Assembly: GCA_900313795.1 (NCBI GenBank)
Contig: OMSS01000001.1
Coordinates: 1 to 47,368 of the forward strand
DNA length: 47,368 bases
DNA from: an uncultured bacterium
GTDB taxonomy: Bacteria; Cyanobacteriota; Vampirovibrionia; Gastranaerophilales; Gastranaerophilaceae
Direction: 5' to 3'
The notes under the pieces were generated by a model. It searched no databases, had not been told where the DNA came from, and worked only from the letters and a program-made list of their open reading frames with translations. Position numbers and translations under genes: made by a program. The first letter of the stretch is position 1. Each line of letters starts with the position of its first letter. Shown here piece after piece: positions 18,060 through 25,339 of this stretch.

Positions 18060-18991
18060 TGAAAGAAAACTTAAATTTTAAAACAAAAAATACAAACATC
18101 AGTTTGACTGCATATAGAGCGATAAAAATTTTGAAACTTTTAATGGAAAAACCGTCTACAAGTGCCGAAATCATTGAAGTTTTGAAACAAGATGAGTTGA
18201 CAATGCGGTCGGTTTCCGATGATACTTTGCGAGTGACGATGAATTCTCTGAAAGCGGTCGGTTGTAAGATTGCACGCCCATGTCCGAAAAATAATTATCA
18301 TTATATTTTGACAGAACACCCATTTCGGGCAAAATTTTTAGCACCCGAGATTAATGTTTTGATGCAGATAAGGCAATATTTTTTGGATAGTTGCCAATGG
18401 CGTACCGTTATTGGGTTAAACAATTTTTATGACAAAATAATTGCTTCTCATTGCGATGTTGAAAATGTTGATTTGCTCAACAAAAATCGCCCGTTTGCGA
18501 AGGTTCGAGCGAATATTTTGAAAACTTTTTATGAAAAAGATTTGGGCAAAAAAGAAATTTTGATGACTTATGCAACCTCGTCAAAAAAGATTGAAAAGAT
18601 TAATATTTCAAGCGAACGAGTTTTTTGCGAAGCGGGCAAATTGTACGTACTCGGTTGGTATTACAAGCGAAACACCTGTTCTTATTTCAATGCGGAAAAA
18701 ATATTGGAAATTCATTCTATTGAACCCAAAAAATTAACAGAAACCCTTGAAAATAAAGTGTTGTATAAGGTTACGGGTGATGAGGCACTGACTTTCAGAT
18801 GTAATTCTGATGAAAGAATTCTTGAACAAACAGAAAAAGAAATAACGGTTGAATGTACTGCAATGAGCGAGTTTAAGATTGTTCAGAGATTGCTTTCGTT
18901 TGGTTGTGATTTTGAACTTATTTCGCCGATGTATTTAAAAAATCATTTGCTTGAAAAATTGTCCAAAATCAAAGCGAGGTACGAACAATGA
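18059..18991 (+). CDS. HTH-WYL-WCX transcriptional regulator (PafB/PafC-like architecture)
   Basis: N-terminal wHTH 'AYRAIKILKLLMEKPSTSAEIIEVL', WYL-type core 'GKLYVLGWYYKRNTCSYFNAEKILEI', and a C-terminal extension 'IVQRLLSFGCDFELISPMYLKNHL'. The ATG shares 1 nt with the mutS2 TGA. Confidence 0.7.
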   Translation: MKENLNFKTKNTNISLTAYRAIKILKLLMEKPSTSAEIIEVLKQDELTMRSVSDDTLRVTMNSLKAVGCKIARPCPKNNYHYILTEHPFRAKFLAPEINVLMQIRQYFLDSCQWRTVIGLNNFYDKIIASHCDVENVDLLNKNRPFAKVRANILKTFYEKDLGKKEILMTYATSSKKIEKINISSERVFCEAGKLYVLGWYYKRNTCSYFNAEKILEIHSIEPKKLTETLENKVLYKVTGDEALTFRCNSDERILEQTEKEITVECTAMSEFKIVQRLLSFGCDFELISPMYLKNHLLEKLSKIKARYEQ

Positions 18992-19884
18992 CCTATGTCG
19001 CAAAACATCACGATTCTTGCGTTAGAGTTTTGGAATTCTTGAAACTTTTGACGAAAGAAGATATCGATATAAAAGAATTAGAATATGGTCGGAAATTCAA
19101 GGATATCGAAGCCCCTGAAACGTTTTTGAAGTATATTTCCACGCTTGAAACATCAGAAATTGATGTGAGAAAAATTGGCAAAAAATATTCTCTTTGTAAA
19201 TTTCCTGAAGAACTTGAACTCAAAGACGAAGAAATTAACCTCATAAGTATTATTTGTAAGGCTTTTGATGCTTGTTGTCTTGAAAAAAACAGAGTTTTCT
19301 TGGAAAGTTTTTTGTCAAAACTCCAAAAATCTTTGACGCAAAATTCAAGAGAAAAATTGTTTTCAAAAATAGAATATTTAAAAAATTCTGCTTCAAACAA
19401 CAATATTGCAGAAGTTGCAAACAATTTCCAACAATACGTTGATTTGGCTCAAAAATTGAAAATTACTTATGATGGCAAAACGGCAATCGTTATACCGAAA
19501 AAGGTCGAAATTTATGAAGATAGAGTGATTTTAGATGTTTATAATCCTAAAACTGCTGAAAATTTCAAACTTTTGACCCAAAATATCGAAAATATTGAAA
19601 TTCTTCCCGTTCGTGCAATTCAGTCGAGTAATATGACAAATTCGGTCGTGTTTACTGTTTATGGCAGATTGGTCGTGAATTACCGTTTGCGTGATTGCGA
19701 AAGAGTTCAGACTTTTAACGATGATGAAAAAGTTATCATAAATACGGGCGAGGATAAAAAATCTTTGCTCAAAAGGCTTATGAAATATGGGGAAAACTGT
19801 AAAATTATGTCCCCGAAATTTATGCAGCAAGAAATGCTTGACGAACTTCAAAAGGTTGAGGATAAATTAAGAGGAGTTAAATGA
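18988..19884 (+). CDS. second, diverged HTH-WYL-like protein
   Basis: Same overall layout: 'CVRVLEFLKLLTKEDIDIKEL' (HTH-like), 'DRVILDVYNPKTAENFKLLTQNIENIEIL' (WYL-like beta core without the WYL triad), and 'LLKRLMKYGENCKIMSPKFMQQEM' (WCX-like). ATGA overlap with the upstream gene. Confidence 0.5.
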   Translation: MTYVAKHHDSCVRVLEFLKLLTKEDIDIKELEYGRKFKDIEAPETFLKYISTLETSEIDVRKIGKKYSLCKFPEELELKDEEINLISIICKAFDACCLEKNRVFLESFLSKLQKSLTQNSREKLFSKIEYLKNSASNNNIAEVANNFQQYVDLAQKLKITYDGKTAIVIPKKVEIYEDRVILDVYNPKTAENFKLLTQNIENIEILPVRAIQSSNMTNSVVFTVYGRLVVNYRLRDCERVQTFNDDEKVIINTGEDKKSLLKRLMKYGENCKIMSPKFMQQEMLDELQKVEDKLRGVK

Positions 19885-21287
19885 TGAAAAAAATCGGTTT
19901 CCTTCCGATAGATAATCGCCCTGTTTGTTATGATTTGCCTAAAATGATTGCAAATATTGATTCAGAGGTCAAAATGTATCTTCCGCCAAAAAATCTTTTG
20001 GGTTCGCTGACAAGAAATGCCGACAGAAATGCACTTTTCGAATGGCTAGAAGATTTGAACGATGTCGATTACCTCGTAATATCAGTAGATACGCTCATTT
20101 ACGGTGGTTTGATACCGTCAAGAAGAAGTTCTGATACGAAAGATGAAATCGAAAATCGACTTTTGAAGTTGAGAAATATTTTGCTCAAAAAAGCAAACTG
20201 CAAAACACTCATTTTTTCAAGCATAATGCGTATTTCGAATAATAATTGCAATGAAGAAGAAAAAGAATATTGGGCAGATTTTGGGAAGAAAATTTTTGAA
20301 TATTCTTTTGAACTTCATCGTTCGGAAATCGAGGGAAACCGCTCCGCTAAAGAAAAAGCGACCCAAGTTGCCAAAGAAATTCCGTCTGAAATTTTGATTG
20401 ACTGGTTGTCTACTAGAGAAAGAAATTTTTCTGTCAATAAAGAATACGTCAAAATGTTTGATGACGGCATTTTTGACACTTTGATTTTTTCAAAAGATGA
20501 TTGTGCAAAGTATGGCTTTAATGTCAAAGAGGCAAAATATTTCGAATTTTTGGCTCAAACACGAAAGGGTATGTTTGTTAAAACAGGGGCTGATGAAATC
20601 CCTCTAACCTTGCTATCACGCTGCATTTCAGACGGAAAAAAGATTAAAATGGCCCCAATTTATACAAATCCTGATGAGGTCGATAAAATTTCAAAATACG
20701 AGGACGTTTCGGTGAAGAAGTCTGTTGAATCGCAAATTTTGACGGCAGGCGGAAGCGTTTCTTCGCCCGATGAAGCCGACTTGATTTTGTATGTGAATAA
20801 CTTTAAGGGCGAACAGGGTGAACTCGTCATGAACGTTGATACAGAACCTTTTGACGGGGAGTTTGCTCATTTTGACAAACCATATTTTGTTGTTGATATT
20901 TTGAATGCAAATGGTGCGGATAATAAATTTGTTGAAAAAATGTTTGAAAACGGTATAAATGGGTACTTTTACGGATATTCTGCTTGGAATACGACGGGAA
21001 ATTCCTTGGGATCTGGAATTGCTGCTGCGGTGACGAAATTTTTGGCAAAAAATCCTGATGAGAATGCTTTTAAAAAATTGCAAACGGTTAGATTTCTTGA
21101 TGATTGGGCGTATCAGGCAAATTTGAGAAAAGAATTTAAACGGGAAAACTTGATGGACTTGAACGAGATTAAGAATCGATTTTCTAGATATGAAAAAGAA
21201 GTCGCAAAGGCTTTGAACGTGGATACTTCTAAAATTTCGTATTTTTTCCCTTGGGATAGATTTTTCGAAATTGAAGTGAAAATATAA
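19881..21287 (+). CDS. DUF4127 family protein (function unknown)
   Basis: I recognise these blocks as the DUF4127 (PF13552) family: 'GFLPIDNRPVCY', 'ISVDTLIYGGLIPSRR', 'GADEIPLTLLSR', 'YGYSAWNTTGNSLGSGIA', 'FFPWDRFFE'. ATGA overlap with the upstream WYL-like gene. Confidence 0.65.
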   Translation: MMKKIGFLPIDNRPVCYDLPKMIANIDSEVKMYLPPKNLLGSLTRNADRNALFEWLEDLNDVDYLVISVDTLIYGGLIPSRRSSDTKDEIENRLLKLRNILLKKANCKTLIFSSIMRISNNNCNEEEKEYWADFGKKIFEYSFELHRSEIEGNRSAKEKATQVAKEIPSEILIDWLSTRERNFSVNKEYVKMFDDGIFDTLIFSKDDCAKYGFNVKEAKYFEFLAQTRKGMFVKTGADEIPLTLLSRCISDGKKIKMAPIYTNPDEVDKISKYEDVSVKKSVESQILTAGGSVSSPDEADLILYVNNFKGEQGELVMNVDTEPFDGEFAHFDKPYFVVDILNANGADNKFVEKMFENGINGYFYGYSAWNTTGNSLGSGIAAAVTKFLAKNPDENAFKKLQTVRFLDDWAYQANLRKEFKRENLMDLNEIKNRFSRYEKEVAKALNVDTSKISYFFPWDRFFEIEVKI

Positions 21288-21293
21288 TAAATT

Positions 21294-21332
21294 GGATTCT
21301 TCGGTCTTTTACAAGACCTCAGAATGACGAAG
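21294..21332. repeat. hairpin repeat, copy A (GGATTCTTCG...CTCAGAATGAC type)
   Basis: ggATTCTtcggtcttttacaagacctcAGAATgacgaag. Outer stem is ATTCT/AGAAT and the inner hairpin is ggtctt/aagacc. Related copies lie at 25153-25265 and 35969-36006. Confidence 0.5.
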
Positions 21333-21363
21333 TTTCTGATTTTTTACGGTTGCAGATGATATT

Positions 21364-21453
21364 ATTTGCGACAACGAGAGCAAATTGCCAGTTCGATGTC
21401 TCAAAACAAAAAAACTTCCCGAAGGAAGTTTAAAAATGGACGAGAAGAGACTC
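21364..21453. repeat. 90-bp direct repeat, copy 1 (tRNA-Leu 3' fragment, terminator and downstream hairpin)
   Basis: Identical to 21520-21609 apart from one mismatch (g/a at 'aattGcc' versus 'aattAcc'). Period is 156 bp. It contains the last 17 nt of tRNA-Leu (21437-21453) without the rest of the tRNA. Confidence 0.85.
21405..21432 (-). terminator. intrinsic terminator (duplicated copy)
   Basis: On the minus strand: aacttcc-TTCG-ggaagtt followed by a T-run. This is a UUCG tetraloop hairpin. Confidence 0.6.
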
Positions 21454-21519
21454 CCCTGAATCGTAGGCGAACTAACGAGAGCCGTACGAGTCAGGATACC
21501 CGTAGGGTAGAACTCCGTA

Positions 21520-21609
21520 ATTTGCGACAACGAGAGCAAATTACCAGTTCGATGTCTCAAAACAAAAAAACTTCCCGAAGGAAGTTTAAAAATGGACGAG
21601 AAGAGACTC
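21520..21609. repeat. 90-bp direct repeat, copy 2 (overlaps the 3' end of the intact tRNA-Leu)
   Basis: See copy 1. Here the 17-nt segment 21593-21609 is part of a complete tRNA. Confidence 0.85.
21561..21588 (-). terminator. intrinsic terminator of the tRNA-Thr/tRNA-Leu unit
   Basis: 7-bp stem with a UUCG loop and a T-run, immediately 3' of tRNA-Leu on the minus strand. Confidence 0.7.
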
Positions 21610-21672
21610 GAACTCTTACACCGAAGGCGCCAGTTCCTAAGACTGGTGCGTCTACCATTCCGCCACTCGTCC
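21593..21672 (-). tRNA. tRNA-Leu (anticodon UAG)
   Basis: Reverse complement GGACGAGTGGCGGAATGGTAGACGCACCAGTCTTAGGAACTGGCGCCTTCGGTGTAAGAGTTCGAGTCTCTTCTCGTCCA folds as a class II cloverleaf. Acceptor GGACGAG/CTCGTCC, anticodon stem CCAGT/ACTGG with loop CTTAGGA, long variable arm, T arm AAGAG-TTCGAGT-CTCTT. Confidence 0.85.
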
Positions 21673-21683
21673 ATAAAAAGAAA

Positions 21684-21756
<73 letters not shown>

Positions 21757-21802
21757 ATTTCCGTTTCCATTATATTTTAATCAAGTTTTTTTATCAAGTT
21801 AT

Positions 21803-24800
21803 TTAATCGAGTGAGAAAATTTCTTGCAAATCCGCATAACTCAGGCTCTTTCCGATATTTCTGTCGACAGAAATTACCGAGTCAACGAGGTTTCTCTTTT
21901 GTTGTTTAAGTTTTTGAATTTTCTCTTCAACAGTGCCTTTTGTGATGATTCTATAAACGAAAACTTTTTTCGTTTGTCCGATACGGTAAGCACGGTCAGT
22001 TGCTTGATCTTCGACGGCAGGATTCCACCACGGGTCATAGTGAATTACATAATCCGCACCGGTCAAGTTCAAACCTGTTCCGCCAGCTTTCAAACTGATT
22101 AAGAATATCGGAATTGTCGGGTCGGAGTTAAATCTTTCGACGACTTCGCCACGGTTTTTCGTTTTACCTGTAAGATATTCGTGTTTAATTCCTTCTTTTT
22201 CGAGCCAAGCCTTAATGATATCGAGCATATCGACAAATTGACTGAACAATAAAACTCTGTGTTTTTCTTCGATAATTTGTTCGAGCATCGATTTGAGTTG
22301 TTCAAATTTACCCGATTGAATATTTCCTTTTTTGCCCTCTTTGTCGTAAAGTTTCGGGTGACAGCAAATTTGACGTAAACGCAACAATGCCGAGAAGATT
22401 GAGAGTCTGCTTTTTTCCAAACCGTTTTGTTCGATAGATTTGAAAAGTTCTTCTTTTGTGCTGTCCAAAACTTCGAGGTAAAAATCTTTTTGTTCGGGCG
22501 TAAGTTCGCAGTATGCGATGTTTTCCACTTTGTCCGGCAAATCCTTCGCAACGTCACGTTTCATACGTCTCAAAATGAACGGATAAATTTGTGATTTCAA
22601 ACGTTTTTCGACAATCTTATCGTCACGTTCCGTAATCGGCGTTACATAACGGTAATTGAACTCATTTTCTTCAAACAAGAACCCTGGCATGAGAAAGTCA
22701 AATACTGACCAAAGTTCTTCAAGTCTGTTTTCAATCGGAGTACCGGAAAGTGCCAATTTATGTGACGATTGCAACTTCTTGACGCTTTGTGCAGTCAAAC
22801 TGTCAGCATTTTTGATGTTTTGTGATTCATCAAGAATGATATATCTGAAATTGTGCTTAATAAGTTCGTCAATATCCCGTCTGACAAGTGCATAACTCGT
22901 TATAACAACGTCATATTTATCAATTTCTTTGAAAAATTCTTTTCTTTCAACACCAGCAAGTTTCAGGCACTTCATCTTAGGTGCAAACTTTTGGATTTCA
23001 TTTTCCCAGTTGAAAACGACCGAAGTCGGGCAAACTACGAGGTTTGGTGCTTGTTTATCCTTTTCTTTAGCCTTTTGAATCAATGCCAATGCCTGCAAAG
23101 TTTTACCAAGACCCATATCGTCTGCCAATATGCCGTTTAAGCCATATTGATACAAGAACCATAACCAACTGAAACCTTTCGTCTGATATTCACGGAATTC
23201 AGCGTTAATGCCCTTAGGAAGTGCAACCCCGTCCATTTCCGAGAAAGTCGAAATTTGCTTCCAAAACTTGGAAAACTTACGGCTCATTTTAAGAGTCATT
23301 TTAAGGTTCTGCATTTCGGACACAATGCCAGCACGGTAAGTCTTTACGACGTATTTGTTGTCATCGTTTCGATAAACGTCAATCGTATTAAACGATTTCA
23401 TCAACGAGAAAATTTCCTGTACGGGAAGTTCAACAAAACCTTGACCTTTGACCTTGAAATACTTGTTATTGTCCAAAACCATTTCGTAAATATCGTTAAA
23501 CGAAATAATCTCATCTCCAATTTTTCCGTACAATTCAATAATGAAACTATCTTTTGACTCTTCGCAAAAATCAAGTGATGCACAAAGTTCAAACGGTTTT
23601 TCGGCAAGTTTGAAGAAACTCATGTTGTCTTTTTCTTCGAAAATCCAGTCAGCACCTGCTTTTGGCTTGTAATAATTGTAAAAATCGATAGCGTTTTCAC
23701 GTTCCATTCCGAGGTTGTTCGTTTGCATCGGGGCAAATTTGCAACTCAAAAGCATCTGATATGCTTGTTCTTCGTGAAATTTGTTACGTTTGACGTAGTA
23801 AAGCAAGTCCTCTTTAGGCTTTTTAACCGTGACATAAGGCGTTTTGTCTTGTTTGCTATAAGGAACTCTTGTTCCGTTATAATCAAATTCCAAAGTCGCC
23901 TTGAGCGAGCCGTCATAGTCCAATCCGAGCGAAACAACGTTGAGCGGGTGAGATTCTTCAAGTGCAAGTTTTTCAATCGCTTCGGTCGTTTCGACATCTG
24001 TAATCTGTTTTAATTTTGGCAATTCTTCATAAATAAATTTTGCACCTTCAGCGTCTTTGATGTCTGTGAATGATGCTTTGGTTAAGTTTTGCGGAAGTGC
24101 CGAAACTGCAATATTTGTCGGGAAAATGAGGTTTTTATAACGACCCCATTGAAGTTGTCTTGAGAAATACCTGACTTCTTCAAACGGCAAAATATCATCT
24201 CTGTCAGGGCGTTTCCAATACAAGGAAGCAAGCACGTTTCCGACCATTGAAAAGTTTACGCCGACTCCTAAAGTCCAGACATCGTGGGTAAATCTAAGTT
24301 TTGCTTTTGTTTTTCCGTCAATAACTTCTTCTGCCTTTGAGAGCATTTTGAAAAATGGGTCAAACTTCAATATCGGTACGTCATACCAACCTGCTCGTTT
24401 ATCCAATCTTGATTGAGTCAAAAGCATTTTGAAAATTTCAAGATTCACTTTTTGCAAATAATTTAATTCTAAATCTTCGCCGTTTCTTTGTTTTTCGATG
24501 ATTTTTTTGAAAAGACCTTCTAAATCACGAACGACCTTTCCTGTTTCACGTTCCATAACCAAAATCGAGAAGAAATTTTGACGACGTTTGGGATTGAAGT
24601 GGAAAACGTAAGCCCCTTGTGGATTTTCGACCGCATCGGCGATTTCGTCTGAGTAATCAATTTGCATCTTGTATTTTTTTTCGGCATATTCATCGTAAAT
24701 GTGATTGTCGATTGCCGTTAATCCAAGTGCAACAACGTGTTTACACCATTCTTCTTTCAACGGACAAGTACAACTCGGTATAATTTGTCCTTTTTGAAAT

Positions 24801-24976
24801 TTCAATGTAACATCATAATGATCTTTGTAACTGCCCTTAACTATTGCAGACAGTATGTTTCTCGTTAATTTAACGTCTTGCACGAGATTTTTCTGATAAA
24901 CTTCATATCCTCTACGCCAACTTCCCGGCTTTGCATTATCTTTGAGGAATTTATGGTTTAAATACACATTACTCAT
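21803..24976 (-). CDS. SNF2-family helicase with N-terminal SWIM zinc finger
   Basis: SWIM 'CTCPLKEEWCKHVVA'. Helicase motifs 'LADDMGLGKTLQALA' (I), 'ILDESQNIKN' (II), 'LSGTPIEN' (III), and 'SLKAGGTGLNLTGADYVIHYDPWWNPAVEDQATDRAYRIGQ' (V-VI). I prefer the ATG at 24976 ('MSNVYLNHKF') over the TTG at 25003. Confidence 0.85.
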   Translation of the reverse strand: MSNVYLNHKFLKDNAKPGSWRRGYEVYQKNLVQDVKLTRNILSAIVKGSYKDHYDVTLKFQKGQIIPSCTCPLKEEWCKHVVALGLTAIDNHIYDEYAEKKYKMQIDYSDEIADAVENPQGAYVFHFNPKRRQNFFSILVMERETGKVVRDLEGLFKKIIEKQRNGEDLELNYLQKVNLEIFKMLLTQSRLDKRAGWYDVPILKFDPFFKMLSKAEEVIDGKTKAKLRFTHDVWTLGVGVNFSMVGNVLASLYWKRPDRDDILPFEEVRYFSRQLQWGRYKNLIFPTNIAVSALPQNLTKASFTDIKDAEGAKFIYEELPKLKQITDVETTEAIEKLALEESHPLNVVSLGLDYDGSLKATLEFDYNGTRVPYSKQDKTPYVTVKKPKEDLLYYVKRNKFHEEQAYQMLLSCKFAPMQTNNLGMERENAIDFYNYYKPKAGADWIFEEKDNMSFFKLAEKPFELCASLDFCEESKDSFIIELYGKIGDEIISFNDIYEMVLDNNKYFKVKGQGFVELPVQEIFSLMKSFNTIDVYRNDDNKYVVKTYRAGIVSEMQNLKMTLKMSRKFSKFWKQISTFSEMDGVALPKGINAEFREYQTKGFSWLWFLYQYGLNGILADDMGLGKTLQALALIQKAKEKDKQAPNLVVCPTSVVFNWENEIQKFAPKMKCLKLAGVERKEFFKEIDKYDVVITSYALVRRDIDELIKHNFRYIILDESQNIKNADSLTAQSVKKLQSSHKLALSGTPIENRLEELWSVFDFLMPGFLFEENEFNYRYVTPITERDDKIVEKRLKSQIYPFILRRMKRDVAKDLPDKVENIAYCELTPEQKDFYLEVLDSTKEELFKSIEQNGLEKSRLSIFSALLRLRQICCHPKLYDKEGKKGNIQSGKFEQLKSMLEQIIEEKHRVLLFSQFVDMLDIIKAWLEKEGIKHEYLTGKTKNRGEVVERFNSDPTIPIFLISLKAGGTGLNLTGADYVIHYDPWWNPAVEDQATDRAYRIGQTKKVFVYRIITKGTVEEKIQKLKQQKRNLVDSVISVDRNIGKSLSYADLQEIFSLD

Positions 24977-25152
24977 TCGGTTATTTTCTTTGTTCCTATC
25001 CAAATCCCGATAAACTGAATTTACAGTCCACGGACAGGTTCACTTCCCTTATAGTTTGATTATACACAGTGATTTTTATTAGGCAAGAAAAATCTTTGAA
25101 AATGCCGTGATTGAAGTATCGCCCATAATTTTTGATAAATTGGCAAATGACC

Positions 25153-25265
25153 GGATTGCTTCGCTACGCTCGCAATTACAATTAATTTATTCTGTCATTC
25201 TACAATGTGGCGAAGACTCTTTGAAAATCTCGACAAATAGATGTTTCGTAAAGCCTCAGTATGAC
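25153..25265. repeat. cluster of three hairpin-repeat copies (B1 25153-25179, B2 25194-25219 inverted, B3 25243-25265 partial)
   Basis: B1 is ggATTGCttcgctacgctcGCAATtac. B2 is gtcATTCTacaatgtggcgaAGACTc. B3 is gtttcgtaaagcctcagtatgac. All belong to the same family as 21294-21332 and 35969-36006. Confidence 0.45.
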
Positions 25266-25286
25266 TGATAAAAGGTAAAAATGCAC

Positions 25287-25322
25287 ACAAAAAACGAGGT
25301 GAGTAAAAAATACCCACCTCGT
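25287..25322 (-). terminator. intrinsic terminator of the M20 peptidase gene
   Basis: 8-bp stem acgaggtg/cacctcgt (25294-25301 with 25315-25322). On the minus strand it is followed by a T-run (the plus-strand A-run 25289-25294). Confidence 0.65.
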
Positions 25323-25339
25323 TAAAATCATTAAATAAA

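Noticed and set aside
21454-21519. Attempt to fold the 66-nt spacer plus the duplicated 17-nt tRNA end as a second tRNA or tmRNA-like gene
   Set aside because: There is no 5' acceptor strand complementary to CTCGTCC, no D arm and no intact T arm. Only short local hairpins form (taccc-tac-gggta and an imperfect gactcgtacggctc palindrome).
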